A stretch of 64,000 bases of DNA from the human T2T-CHM13v2.0 reference genome, Homo sapiens. The first letter of the stretch is position 1. Every line of letters starts with the position of its first letter. The position numbers were made by a program, and so were the translations under genes. Where the stretch lies: assembly GCF_009914755.1 (NCBI RefSeq), contig NC_060933.1. One strand, given 5' to 3'. This document shows, in pieces, positions 30,743 through 47,600 of the stretch. Below the pieces are notes generated by a model. It had not been told where the DNA came from and made no database searches. It saw only the letters and a program-made list of their open reading frames with translations.

Positions 30743-33604
30743 TCTAAATCACAAATTCTCTTATCTGTAAAACAGTGGTGAAAATCGTTCCAATTATAAA
30801 CAGTTAATGAGATACTTTAACAAGATCGTAGATGGTAAAAGTCTTGGCACATTAAAAGTAATCAGAGAATAATTGTTAGCATTGTTAGCTGGTGGTGGTG
30901 GAAGTAGTAATATATAGTCACGAGGAATCAGATGGTGAAGATTCATGAGGACACTCGTCAGCCTAGCTGGTTATGGAGCATATTTAGAACCCTTTAAATG
31001 TCAACCCAATTTCTATACATCTGGAACTTTTTTCTGACTTGTAGAAAGCACCTTACTGCAGAGGCATCTTTTATTTGGATTTACCTACAAGTGACATAGA
31101 AATTTGCCTTTCTCATCTCATGAGCCGAAGGTACGACACGTCCTGTGAGTCTAATAACTACTCAGGAAAACTTTTTCAGTGCCTTCAGCATTTACAAGGC
31201 TAACTTTAATACGTGGGGAAAAAATTTTGATATCAAGTTGCATCTGAGCCTTTGAAACTATTTTGGGTCAGCTACACAGCAGAAGTTGGAGGCTGGCAGA
31301 GAGCCGTAAAACTGAGCCAAAAATAAACCAAAGACCATTATAAAAATGCTTCGAGTGCCAAAAGCATGAGATGTTAAAATTGCAACATAATGGAGTAAAA
31401 ATTTACAAAAGAGGCTTTCCAATGGTGGCACAAAGTGTTCCAACCCAGAGAAAGACAGTTCACAGGGAAACGTTTGGAGAGTAAACTCAGCGCCTGAAAA
31501 TTAGCCTTCCAGACATGTAAGAATGCCCCCATCCAAGGCTATTTACAATGTATTACCCATCAAGAACCAAGAGTATTAATGTCCTTCCCCTCCTTCCCCT
31601 ATTGGAGAGCACAGGCTGGATAGCTGGGGTACAGGAGAAGTTTTCATAAAAATTAATTGGGACACTCAGCTTTTCCCAATATTCAGCAAATGCTGCTCTA
31701 CTTGCCCATCTCTTAGCCTGGACACATTCTTCCTCTCAATATCCAACCATTCCACAATGCAGTCTGGTGTACCTATTCATTATTTATGGTCTTATTTTCC
31801 TGAGCTCCAGAAAATATGGTAATGTATGCTCAATGCAGTCCCTTGGTGGAGGCTTTCTGGAAGGGTGGCATCAAGTGCTGGGTGTCTCCCTCCTGGCTCT
31901 GCCCTGCCTGCCAGTCTCAGCTTTCTCTGCTTGAGTCCGTTCCTACCCTCCTTTTCCACAATTAGGAACTGCTACCAATTGCACATGGACAGATTTATGC
32001 ATGGCTCGAGACCAGCCAGTCTCCCACTGATGGTCTAAAAGAAGAGTATGTTCTGTGTCAACAATCCTTTGCACAGAGTCCAAATGGCTTTTTGTACATA
32101 CTTCTTTTGACCCAGGCCCATAATTTTTTTAGGTTAGAATTTTATGAGCCCGATGCAAAGTCTATCAACATTTTCTTTGTGAGACATACTCAGGGTACAG
32201 CATGTTTCTGAAGTGTGCGAATATTTGGGGATATTTCTATCATTCCATGCCAAGAGAAGACACTGGGAAAAAAGAGGGAGGGGAGATGTGGAGAGGCAGT
32301 CTAATGACCACTTACTAAGGGAGTTTTAAATACCAAGACAGATATGATGGTCCATCAAAACATTTCGAAGTAGCTTTGATTAGAACCACACATTCAATTA
32401 TGCACTTCTTATTCAGGTGGTCCCCCACAATGAGGCCACCAGGGCTACTACGACCCAGAGAGTGGCTTCATCAGCCAAGAGCTATACCATTCCATGCCAT
32501 AACCCTGCTATGACCCCTGGCTGAAAAGATCAAGGTGGTGATACAGTCAACAACACAACAGTGCACCAGACCACAACCTCAATTTTCCCTAAAGATTTGC
32601 CCTTCTTGTCTATGTCATGGTGTGACCTTCGAATAAGCTAGCAATGCTATGGACTGTGGTCTTGAGGGGCTTCAGATTGATAAGGACTATTGCATCTCTT
32701 CACACAATTGGAGAATAAACAGTCTTGATGCTCATGCTATACTCACTTATGTAGAAATTCAAAGAAAGTTCTCGGCTCTCTAAAAATGGCAAGTTGATGA
32801 GCATAGACAGGAAGCAAACTATAAAATGCTTAAGAGATGATCATATTTTCCCTCAATATCCCATTGAGTATTTTCATCAATATCTAATTTTTAAGAAAAG
32901 CCCAAAGAAAGCACCCAGACTCAAAACTCCATGATGTTACCAGCAGACACCAGGAGTCTAAAATGAAATGATGAGAGAGGGTTTTTCTTCCAGGCCCATT
33001 TTCCTCCCTATTTTTCTCTTTTCCATCTTCCCAAGGTTATTGCAAGATTTATGCTAAGGAAATGATAACCTGCTCTGTAAATGTAAGAGACTATTCATTT
33101 TATTATCACCTTTAGCCCATTCTTATTATTCTTTTCACGTTATCGATCCCATTCTACCCTAGTTGGGGTGTTGAGACTGCTGCCCGGCCCTCTGGGCCTT
33201 TCCTGAGAAATCTGAGCTTTCCCTCTCAGCCCTCTCCTGACCCCTTGCCACTGCATCAAAAAACATCATTCCTGATCATTGGTTTTAAACTGCTGCAATC
33301 ACAGAAATGTCATCAAGGTCAAGAATGTGAGAATGTGTGTATGCATGTGTGTGTGTGTGTGAGTGTTTATATATGTGCGCTTATTGCGTATGAGTATATA
33401 ATTTTGTTGTTTAGTCAATTAAATCTTAAAAATATGCATTTTTGTCTGTGCTATTCCCACACACCTTGATCTCCCAATCTAAATTGATCATCCAATTCAA
33501 ACTACGATCTTAACGACTAACCCTAGAATACTGTGTTAACCTAAGCTGAAAGGTATGATGACTAAAATAATGAGATCTAACACAAAGATAGCATAGATAG
33601 CAAA

Positions 33605-33820
33605 GATAGACCAGTACCTAGTCTAAGTGCTTTGTATATAGTAGCTCCCTTAATCCCTCAAACCTAATGAGGTAGGTGTTATCTTCAATTTAGAGATGGA
33701 GAAACTGAGACACAGGATTAATGTAATTTACCCAGAGTAACACAACTAGGTAAGTGGATGAGTCAGCTTTTAAACTGGTACTGTCTAGCTTCAGGCTCTA
33801 TGTCTTAACTATTGTACTTG
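33605..33820 (-). mobile_element. MIR
   Basis: atgaggtagg...tagagatggagaaactgagacacagg...tttacccagagtaacacaactag. Confidence 0.8.
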
Positions 33821-34120
33821 CCTACCCCAATATGGTATATGATAATTTCCAAGTTGGTGCTGAGACTGTGGAAGATATATTTGTGAATACTTCCAACCAC
33901 ACCATTTGGCAAATAGACATTATTCCCCTATGTGATACTGCCCTTGATGTGCTTCAGATTGGATAAATAAGTAGATCTTTTTGTCACTTTTGGTACATTT
34001 AACCATAAAAACCATTGTCAAGTAAAGGGAATAACCTCTTAAATGGCAGGTGAAACTGAGGCATTGCTTACCTAGCATGGTAAAATGATTCACACGAACT
34101 TTGAGACCTTTAGTCACAGC

Positions 34121-34210
34121 AATAATAGTAACGGTAGTAGTAGTAGTGCTAGAAATACAAATAATGATACTAATAATAATACCTGCAGTAGTAACAAGAG
34201 TCGTAATAGC
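34121..34210. repeat. Degenerate (AAT/AGT)n low-complexity tract
   Basis: aataatagtaacggtagtagtagtagt...aataatgatactaataataat. Confidence 0.6.
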
Positions 34211-34533
34211 ACCATGTTGATCAATTGTTATATACCAAGCATCATGGAAATGCTTTCATATGCATTATTTTCTTTAATCCTCACTAAAACCTCTAAAATA
34301 GGTCTCGTTAGCCTTTTAGCCTCGTCTTACAAGTGAAGAAGCTAAGACTTATATGATGAGATTTTAATCCAGGTTTTAACTTAGTTCAAGGCTGTACAAC
34401 CCTCTATTGCCAATCAATTCTCTGATAAGTTTGCCTACCAGTAAGAGGAAGGGAGTTGAATTCCAAGTTGGCTTCCAGCTCTACAATGAAGGACTGAACA
34501 CCGTTGAAGGGACATAAAATTGGGCTTCATTAG

Positions 34534-34866
<333 letters not shown>

Positions 34867-35418
34867 AGGATGATTTGATTTTTAAAAAAGACTAAAGATA
34901 ATCTAGTTTCACGGAGAGGATATAAAGCATTTCTGCCCACAAAACCACACCTCTGTATATACAGAAACAAAGAAGTCAAGGTGACCAAAGGCTGAAATAA
35001 TCAGCTTCCAAATCAGAGATCAGAGTCTAAGAGAGCTGGATATGAAGGAAACAGCATGGTGCTGGAAGTTCAAGTTTACCACACATTTGGGAATTGTACC
35101 AATATGTACTAAAATGTAGAATAGGTATCACTTGGTAGTAACAGAAGCTATTTTACATGGTGTAGGACATGGTAAGAAAGTGATTTTCTTCATTGTTTCA
35201 ATATTTCAAGGATAAACTCTCCATGTGGTGTTTGTATATATTTAATACCTTTATAGCATTTGCTAATTGCACTTTTAATAAAAGGAGAGCAAGCCTAAAA
35301 CTCAGAGCCTCTGCAAGAAAGAGTATCCAGCTAAAATTTGATGTTGTTGATCCATTTTTATTTTCTATAGTTCCTTTCATTGATAGCAACTGATGCTGGC
35401 TTTCAATTGACAATAATG

Positions 35419-35600
35419 CAGTGGTTCTTAAACTTGAATGTGCACAAAAATCAATGGAGAGTTATTAAAACACAGATTTCTGGACCTCATCTCTAGAGAT
35501 TCTGGTTCACTAGGTCAGCAGAGGGACCATAAATTTGCAATTTTAACTAGTTCCTACGTGATGCTAATGCTACTGCTCAGAGGGCTATACCTGGAGTACT
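35419..35600. mobile_element. MER5-type DNA transposon
   Basis: cagtggttcttaaacttgaatgtgcacaaaaatca...ttaaaacacagatttctgg...gagattctg. Confidence 0.8.
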
Positions 35601-35631
35601 ATCAGGGTAATTACACAAAATTTCTTCTTTA

Positions 35632-35954
<323 letters not shown>

Positions 35955-35978
35955 TTAATAAAAGAGATTGAGTCACAT

Positions 35979-36343
35979 TGTGTCCGGAATTGGTAGGTTC
36001 TTGGTCTTGCTAACTTCAAGAATGAAGCCGCGGACACTCGCGGTGAGTGTTACAGTTCTTAAAGATGGTGTGTCTGGAGTTTGTTCCTTCAGATGTTCAG
36101 ATGTGTCTGGAGTTTCTTCCTTTTGGTGGGTTCGTGGTCTCCCTGACTTCAGGAGTGAAGCTGTAGACCTTCCCAGTGAGTGTTACAGCTCTTAAAGGCG
36201 GCGCGTCTGGAGTTGTTCGTTCTTTCCAGTGGCTTCGTGGTCTTGCTGGCCTCAGGAGTGAAGCTGCAGACCTTCACGGTGAGTGTTACAGCTCATAAGG
36301 GCCGCAGACCCAAACAGTGAACAGCAGTACTTGTCACCTCTCA
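35979..36343 (-). mobile_element. Internally deleted LTR12 (ERV9) solo LTR
   Basis: Begins tgtgtccggaattgg (reverse complement of the LTR12 3' terminus) and ends ttgtcacctctca (reverse complement of the 5' terminus tgagaggtgacaa, identical to 39352-39364); only 365 bp long. Confidence 0.9.
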
Positions 36344-36581
36344 TTATGAGAATTAATGTTTCCTTTTTCTTTCTTATTTATCCTCTGGTCTTTTTGCTCT
36401 TCTTTGCTTGGTATATAGTCATCTGATAATCTGAAAGTTTTGTATTGTTTTTGTATATCATGATTAGCCTTATAGTTACAATCTTACATATATGCTTAAT
36501 CTTTACTATTGTGAACACTGATAAAAAATGTTCCTGCAATTTGGTCTACCCCCATTTTCTCCCTGCCTCACCTGATTTTAG

Positions 36582-37232
<651 letters not shown>

Positions 37233-37249
37233 CCTAGTGTTTACTTTAA

Positions 37250-38740
37250 ACTTTTAAATACATTTATACTTCTATTACTGGATTGTTCAGAATTAAATGA
37301 TCCATTTAATTTCAGACAATGTAATTGCACTACATTCTCATGTTCTTTCAGTCCTTATTTTCAAACTTTTGTTATTAACTGGAACCAGAAGAAATTGCCA
37401 TTTTTATAGGTTAAAATGATAGTATATTGCCAGTTTCATGGTTGTTATTGGATGGCTACCCAAAGAACTATTTCATTAACTTTACATTTAATTACTTTCC
37501 TGAGGTATGTCTTGATGTTTATCTCTCTGATTCATTATTTCTTGGCGTGTAGTATAACCTTCAATCTGTAGTTTTAAATCTGCTTTTACTTAAGATAGCT
37601 ATGTTAAATTATATCTTTGATTTTTTTTCTTCTGTTTGATTCTTTTTTTTCAGGAATAAAAATTATTTGAATGTAGGATCTCTTTTATCTCACAGCCATA
37701 TCTTCTATCCCCTCTCTAATCCTATGAAAGTCACCATATTCATTTAAGTTTATTCTCTTTTCTCAGTCCTATGTTTTCTGTGGTGTCTATTTTCCTCTTT
37801 GATATTTCCATACTGGCCTTAATTTCTGTGGCAGCTTCATTTTTTTCTTTCACTTATTTCCTGAGCCCTGGCCACTTCGTATCTAATCTTCTGATGTGTC
37901 ATCTTTTCTTCCCTCTTGAATATTTGTGTCTTTTCTTTGTGCTCTTGTTTTAAATTAACATTTATTTTATTTAATTCTCTGAGATTCTGGATACGTATTT
38001 GTGACTTTCATCTACTTCATTATAATATTTTTTATGATGTGTATTTTTTGCCATTGTTTTTTCTTTTGTGTTTTACTATAGTATCTTTGTCTTGATGTTT
38101 TGCTAATTCCTTTATATTATCACTCATCTTCGAGTGATAAAACCAGATTTTGGGAGGTGTTTGGTGTTGCAGTGTTCCGGAGCAGCAGGAAGCCTTGATG
38201 GTGCACAGTGAAACTCCTTAGCTTTAGGGTTTTAAGTGTCAGCTAGTTAACTCAAACATCTCAGAGGCTGTCAGAGCTCAACATCTCAAACTTCAGGATC
38301 TTTCCTCTCTCCTACCTCAGCACCATACAATGCCAAGAAATGATGGCAAGTTTGTTTCTTTTTCTATCCTGGAGTCTCTTATTCCTTCCTGCTAAAAAGA
38401 AACCAAGGAAACTCACACTGTCACTGCACAGTGTCACCCTGTGGCTGCAAATAAAGGACTATGGCTTCTACCTTTGAGGATGCCACCTTTTTCGGGCTCT
38501 TTAACCTCCAGGTACCGTTGTCTCTTCAGCACAGTTCTGTGCTCTAGGCTGGTATTTGCTAAGTTTGAGAACTCATTCTCTTAAAATTTGGTTCTCAAAT
38601 ACAGAGTATACCTAGTGCCTAGGTTTTGTTCAAGTTGAAAGCTGCCTTACTGCCTTTCAGATGTCTTGTTGCTTTTAGGCAATTTCAAAGCAAAATGGTG
38701 GAAGGATGTGTTCATTTTGCCTTTGTAAAATTGGAAGACT
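37250..38740 (-). mobile_element. Probable old L1M 5'/ORF1 region
   Basis: Long T-rich biased tract with L1M-like motifs (tttgaatgtaggatctct; ttcaatctgtag); family assignment tentative. Confidence 0.5.
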
Positions 38741-39351
38741 CTGCATCATTCATTTTTGAAATTTGTAATATGAGTTTAAGACGGGATTGAGAAGGAAATT
38801 CATTCATTCTCTTAAACTACTTCAGAGAGGTAACCATTCAGGAATAGACACACTTAGTAAAGTAGGTTGAACAATTTTTAACCTAACTGTATAACCTGTT
38901 GGCTAATTCTAGGATAGCCTAGCATACTTGCATTAATGAACGGTAGGGAAATCTTAGGTATTTTTCTCTTAAAATAATCTCATTTGGGGAACGCAAATGG
39001 TTTAATTACATTCATGTTCAAGTTAAATTTAGACTTTGAAAAGATTTTAATTTCTTAAAATGGTATTATTTTGACACCTAAAAGATTTCTAGTTAGACTT
39101 TTATAAAGTTTATGAACAGATTTCAAAAATGAAGCCTCACTAGAGTCATGAGAGATATTAAGAATGTCTGTAGACTTTATAGATGAGGAAACAGGCTTGG
39201 AGAACTCAGTTATCACATCTAGTGAGTATTAGAGTGAGTTCTAGATGAGCATATTCCTAAATTCAGTTGTATGTAAGAGTTTCATGATTTTTGCTGTATC
39301 TGCATATTATTTTACATAACTTTTTCTCTATTTAACATTTTCCTGTAATAT

Positions 39352-40928
39352 TGAGAGGTGACAAAGTGCTAGCAGCCCTCACTCGCTCTTGGCGCCTCCT
39401 TGGCCTTGGGGTCCACCCTGGCTGCCCTTGAGGACCCCTTCAGCCGCCGCTGCACTGTAGGGGCCCCTCTCTGGGCTGGCCGAGGCCAGATCTGGCTCCC
39501 TCTGCTTGCAGGGAGGTGTGGAGGGAGAGGCGCGGGCAGGAACTGGGGCTGCACGCAGCAATTGCGGCCAGCGCGAGTTCCAGGTGGGCGAGGGCTCAGC
39601 GGGCCCCGCACTCAGAGCCTCTGGCCAGTGCCACCAGCCCCAGGCAGTGAGGGGCTTAGCACCCGGCCAGCAGCTGCGGAGGGTGCGCCAGGTCCCCCAG
39701 CACTGCTGGCCTGCCCACACCCCACTCGAATTCTCACTGGGCCTCAGCCACCTCCCCGCGGGGCAGGGCTCTGAACATGCACAACATGACCAAGCCCCCC
39801 CTCCCCCAGTGGGCTCCCACGGGGCACAACCCTCCCCAACTGGCGCCATCCCCTGCTCTACGGCCCCCAGTCCCATTGACCACCCAAAGGCTGAGGAGTA
39901 CAGGGGCGTGACAGCGGGACTGGCGAGCAGCTCCACCCGCCGCCCTGGCACAGGACCCACTAGGTGAAGCCAGCTGGGCTTTTGAGTCCGGTGAGGACTT
40001 GGAGAACTTTTATGTCTAGCTGGAGGATTGTATATGCACCAATCAGCACTCTGTATCTAAGTCGGGGTTTGTGGATGCACCAATCAGCACTCTGTATCTA
40101 GCTAATCTGGTGGGGACTTGGAGAACTTTTATGTCTAGCTGGAGGATTGTAAATACACCAATCAGCACTTTGTGTCTAACTCAAGGTTTGTAAATACACC
40201 AGTCAGCACTCTGTGCCTAGCTCAAGGTTTGTAAACGCACCAATTAGCACCCTGTGTCTAGCTCAAGGTTTGTGTACCTACCAATCAGTGCTCTGTGTCT
40301 AGCTAATCTACTGAGGACTTGGAGAACTTTTGTGTCTAGCTCAAGGTTCCTAAACACACCAATCAGCACCCTGTACAATGGGCCAATCTGCTGTCTGTAA
40401 AATGGGCCAATCAGCTCTCTGTAAAATGGACCAATCAGCAGAATGTGGGTGGGGTCAGATAAGGGAATAAAAGCAGGCGCTAGCAGTCGCAACCTGGTAG
40501 GGTACGGTTGCAACTGTGGTAGCTTTGTTCTTTCACTCTTCCCAATAAATCTCGCTGCTGCTCCGTGTTTTGGTCTGTGCCACCTTTGTGAGCTATAACA
40601 CTCACCTTGAAGGTCTGCAGCTTCACTTCTGAAGCCAGCGAGACCACGAACCCACCGGGAGGGACGAACAACTCCAGATGGAAGAAACAAACAACTCCAC
40701 ACGCAGCACCTTTAAGAGCTGTAACACTTAACCCCAAAGGTCTGCAGCTTTACTCTTGAAGCCAGCAAGACCACGAACCCACCAGAAAGAGGAAACTCTG
40801 GGCACGTCTGAACATCTGAAGGAACAAACTCCGGACATCCATCTTGAAGAACTGTAACACTCACCGCGAAGGTCTGTGGCTTCATTCTTGAAGTCAGCGA
40901 GACCAAGAACCCACCAATTCCGGACACA
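39352..40928 (+). mobile_element. Full-length solo LTR12 (C/D/E group) of HERV9
   Basis: tgagaggtgacaaagtgctagcagccctc...ccaccaattccggacaca; GC/CpG-rich U3, tandem ccaatcagcac repeats, U5 repeats; flanks ATAT/ATAA (imperfect 4-bp TSD). Confidence 0.97.
40030..40475 (+). promoter_or_regulatory. LTR12 enhancer/promoter: CCAAT (NF-Y) repeat array, GATA site and TATA-like box
   Basis: About 9 CCAAT boxes in ~40-bp repeats; GATAAG 40458-40463; AATAAAA 40466-40472; downstream poly(A) signal AATAAA 40544-40549. Confidence 0.8.
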
Positions 40929-41269
40929 ATAACATATAACATGGTGCCAGCAGCAATAAATCCCCAAAAATCTGTCATTAGAAATTGTGAATGGAATGAT
41001 GCCATATATTCAAAATTTACTCACATAACAAAGACAAAACCCAACTATTAATGCTATGCAAGGTCTACCTCTAATGTAGACTGATTTCAACGTGGCAAAA
41101 GCAAACCTTGAAAATGAAAGAGGGGGAGGAGGTGGGAAGAAGGAAGAAAAGAGGAAAGGAAGAGGTAATACATTCCAGTAGTTTTTAAAAATGAACTCAT
41201 AGTATTAAAAAGCAAAGATCCATTAGGCATATATCTAGGCAAATATAGCATCATTAAAACGCGTGAAGG

Positions 41270-41762
<493 letters not shown>

Positions 41763-42399
41763 CTAAAAGAGCATCTGAAGCTCTGAGAACAGGAGCACAG
41801 TATTCACTGGAAAGCCAGCTGGTCCACCCTGGAAGAGCAGCAAAAACGAGGAGGAGTTTCAGCCCAAGCAAATAGCAGGTGAGTGCGAGGGCCAGTGTGA
41901 GGTCTCAAGGTGCTGGAGCAGCCTGGGCCACATAAGCCCTGGGAGCTGCCAGGCAAGCTCCCTTCTAGGAAAGGATCCTGCCCTGAGAAGGACTTCATGG
42001 AAATGGAATCACAAGTGAGTGGAACAGAGACCTTAGAGCCAATGCAAGAAGAGGTCCACATCAGAGTCAGGGAGGAAGCAATGCTAGGAAACCTCAGACA
42101 GCAAGTCTGTCTGAACAGGACATGCTGCAATGGAAGCGGGAGCTGGGGATATTAGAAAGCCTATTCGAATACATTTCAAATAATGGAAAAATAAACAAAA
42201 CTGAAGACATTACAGACATTAGACTTTGACAAGTCAAAGGTATATGTAGCCATTTCTGGCCTAGCCACTAAGAAAAGACAAAAAGAGAGTATTTAATTTC
42301 AACCTAATAAAGGAGAAAATAGAATGATAAAAAAATAACCGAACAAAAAGGCGGCAGGACGATCTTGGTTTCTAATTCTCCAATAAAAGGAAATCACTC

Positions 42400-42811
<412 letters not shown>

Positions 42812-43198
42812 TCAGAATGTAAGAAACACACAAAGAACAGATGGGGTCATGTCAAAAGGACACAGGAACCAACCTGAAAGAGCTTCCAATGGCCAGAGCT
42901 GGAACAATTTGGACAATACAGTAAATAACGTAGTATTAGATTATTATAACTCAAAGTATTAAATGAATACATATCCATGAGTCCACTCGAAAATAAATGA
43001 TTGAAAAGATGACTGATACATAGATAGATAGATAGATAATAGATAAAGTGCAAATCTTTCTTACAGAAATACACCAAATAATATGTGTAGAGACTTCTTA
43101 CTGGAGAGGGTATATAAAGCGAGGAACTGGGGCTTAATTTCTACCTCCAGCACTCTGTAAGGGTAAGCTTGACTTAATGATTCACTTCCAAAGAATAG

Positions 43199-43594
<396 letters not shown>

Positions 43595-43920
43595 TAACAT
43601 CCTCAGTGATGCCATGAGAATATTATGTATGCCTTGATAAAATATGATCAGTAGGGCACTGTGGTCTTCTTTCTAAAATCTCATAACTTCAGTCTAATCA
43701 TGAGAAAAACACCAGACAAACCCAGATTGGGGAACATTCTACAGAATATCTGTCCAGTACTCCTCAAGACTGTCAAGATCATGAAAAACAAGGAAAGATT
43801 GAGAAAATGTCACAGACCAGGGGAATATGACAACTATATACAGCATGACCCTTTTGGTTGGGTCCTGGAACAAAAAGAGGACATTAATGGAAAATTAGTG
43901 AAATCCAAATAAAGTCTGCT

Positions 43921-44245
<325 letters not shown>

Positions 44246-44461
44246 TTAATAGTAATGTGCCCATATGGGTTTCTTAGCTTTGACAAATGTACCCTGGTAA
44301 TGTAAACAGTGAGGAAAGTGGATAAGGGGTATAAAGATATAAGTGAATAAGGAACTTCTCTACTATCTTTGTAACTTTTCTGTAAATGTAAAATTTTGAA
44401 TTAGAAGTTCACTTTTTTAAATAATGTCAGTAAATATATATTTTTTAAAAAGAGGGCAGGA

Positions 44462-44728
44462 GGCCAGGCACAGTGGCTCACACCTATAATCCCAGCACTT
44501 TGGGAGGTCGAGTCAGGCAGATCACCTGAGGTCAGGAGTTCATCTCTAGACCAGCCTGGTCAACATGGCAAAACCCCATCTCTAGTAAAAATAATAAAAA
44601 TTAGCTGGGTGTGGTGGCGCACGCCAGTAATCCCAGCTACTCAGGAAGCTGAGGCATGAGAATGACTTGAACCTGGGAGGCAGAGGTTGCAATGAGCCAA
44701 GGTGGTGTCACTGCACTCCAGCCTGGGA
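44462..44728 (+). mobile_element. AluSx, 3'-truncated (no tail)
   Basis: Ends abruptly at ctccagcctggg. Confidence 0.9.
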
Positions 44729-44993
44729 CCATTTCGGGGTGTGGTGGGGGGATGAAGAGACCAAGAAAGGAATACAAGAGTCGTTCTATTAAGTTGTATC
44801 TTTTCAAGAAAACCATTTACTGTGTAAAGCTTTCAAATTAATTTGCACAAAGCTTAAGGAGAGTATTCATTTATTCTAAAATTTTTCTAACAAACATAAA
44901 AGTATAAAAGACATTATAATGAACTCTTATGTACTCATTAATCCACTGTCAGCTATTTTCACCATTTTGCCAGTCTTGTTTCATTTAATGTTA

Positions 44994-45018
44994 ACACACA
45001 CACACACACACACACACA
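44994..45018. repeat. (CA)n microsatellite
   Basis: About 12 CA units. Confidence 0.9.
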
Positions 45019-45059
45019 ACTAGTGAAGCAGATGAAAACAGCAATGACTTAGAAATCAG

Positions 45060-45790
45060 GAAAAAAAGTGGCACTACTAATAATTAAATTCACAATTTGG
45101 TTTCTTGAAAAAAACAAATCAAATAGATAAACCATTAACTCATCTAATTGTTTAATGGGAAAAAGCACAAATTAACAAAAGATATGAAAAGACAGTTCAA
45201 AGAGAAGAAACTAAAAATGACCTTTAAACATTTCAAAAGATGTTAAACATCATTAATAATAAGAGAAATACAAATAGACTTATAACGAGATTCTGTGGTT
45301 TAACTAGCACATTGGCAAAGATCAACACATTTGGTAACATCCCATGTTGACAAAAAGAATGAGGAAACAGCCACTCCTGCTTATTGTAAGTGGAAGTGTG
45401 AACTGGCATGTTCTTAATGAATGACAATTTGGCAGTGTCTTTTCAAATTATTCACATACTCTTGACCCAGCAATTGCACTTTCAGGAAATTATGCTTCAA
45501 ATACACTTACAGATGCACACAAAGATGTACGTACATGAAATTTATGTAGAGCATTCCTCCCAAAAAAGACCATATTTGTGTATTGGAAGTAATTAAAATA
45601 TTCAATAATAGACATCATTTTAAACCATTACAATACAACAAAATAACAAAATATTATGGCACTATTGAAAATGCTAAGGTAGCTCTATATGTAATATTAT
45701 GAAACAATCTCCAAAATATACTGATAAGTTTAAAAGCAAGGTTCAGAAGAGTTTGTACAGAATAGAGAAATGTGTGTATAAAATAAGGAA
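45060..45790 (+). mobile_element. Old L1M ORF2/3' fragments
   Basis: tggtttcttgaaaaaa...aaatagataaacc; aaaagatgttaaacatcattaataataagagaaatac; cttgacccagcaattgcacttt. Confidence 0.75.
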
Positions 45791-46869
45791 AGAAGGAATC
45801 CAGTTTGGTTTTATGGAACTCAGAGTTGGATCCTTCTGTTTTCAGCAGCTGAGCACAAACATCACTTTGTTCTTGAGCATGAAATTTTTGCCCTTTGCTG
45901 AATCTATGCGCTCTTCTGCCTTTCTTGTTGAGCCTAGTATCCAATGTCAATATTCATCTTTTTTTCTGTAATACGACTGGATATGTTTCTCACCCTATCA
46001 TTACTGACTACCTAGTTGGGTGTAGGCCTTTTCAACAATTTTTTAAGGTAATGTGTTAACATGACAATTGGCTTATCATAAAAAGTTATGAAAGCAGGAA
46101 TTGTTCTGTTTTACACATGATACAAAGATTTGTTTTCAGACAAAAGCATTATTGTGGGCTTGCACTTTTACCCATCAAAGCACTTTACCACCCAGTCACC
46201 AGGCCCACCCTCAGGCCCCTAACTTAATAACTAGAAGCCTACAAGAAGGTCACCCCAGAAAATAAATATGGCACCATTTTGGCATGCTAGCTCTTTTGAT
46301 GTCATACTTAGGTACTCTTGTTGGAAGAGAATCAATGACACTAGAGACTTGAAAGGGAGGAGAAGGGATTCAAGGAAGAAAATTCAGGGAGAATACTTTC
46401 AGCCAGAACAAAAAGCATTATCTAAATCCACTTAACTCACTTCCCCAGTGGTCATGACGGAGAAGTTTCTTGAGGTACTCTCAGGATATGCACTGTCAGT
46501 TTATCTAATTTGATACTGGACAATATTTTTGCTTGCATGATTATTGCATTTAACATTTTGCCATTCTTCCTTTGTTTCCAAGGGATAATTCAGTAAGACA
46601 AGAGATAGTTTAGAAAGTGGGGAGGGGATTCTTTTCAACTTCAAATTAGCCCAACTGATCTCTTACTAGGCCATCTTTCTCCGCCACAGTTTCTAGAACC
46701 ACCAGGGTGAGCAAGAAAATGGGTCACTCTGGAGTTACCTGAAGTGTCAGAAGTAAGTAATGCCCTTCCCAATTTAGGGGATTACATTGTTTTCTGTGGC
46801 TTCTCTGAGGAAATAGAAACCCTCACAAGGGTCAAGATTAAGTCACCAAAAGACCCTCCTCACATTTAA

Positions 46870-47212
<343 letters not shown>

Positions 47213-47298
47213 CCTTTTAACTCTTAAAATCACAGGAACACTTCCTCAGTTTAGAAAATTTTAACTCAACATTTGCAGTGATTTAATCATACAAGGCC

Positions 47299-47600
<302 letters not shown>

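Noticed and set aside
34085-34336. Asn/Ser-rich 83-aa ORF
   Set aside because: Produced by a degenerate trinucleotide tract running into MIR-like sequence.
40000-40440. Regularly spaced ~40-bp repeats superficially like a CRISPR array
   Set aside because: Known LTR12 tandem enhancer repeats; no unique spacers, no cas genes, eukaryotic DNA.
39369-41005. Long ORFs (up to 193 aa) on both strands
   Set aside because: They lie in or mostly within LTR12; GC-rich U3 and repetitive U5 give stop-poor frames.
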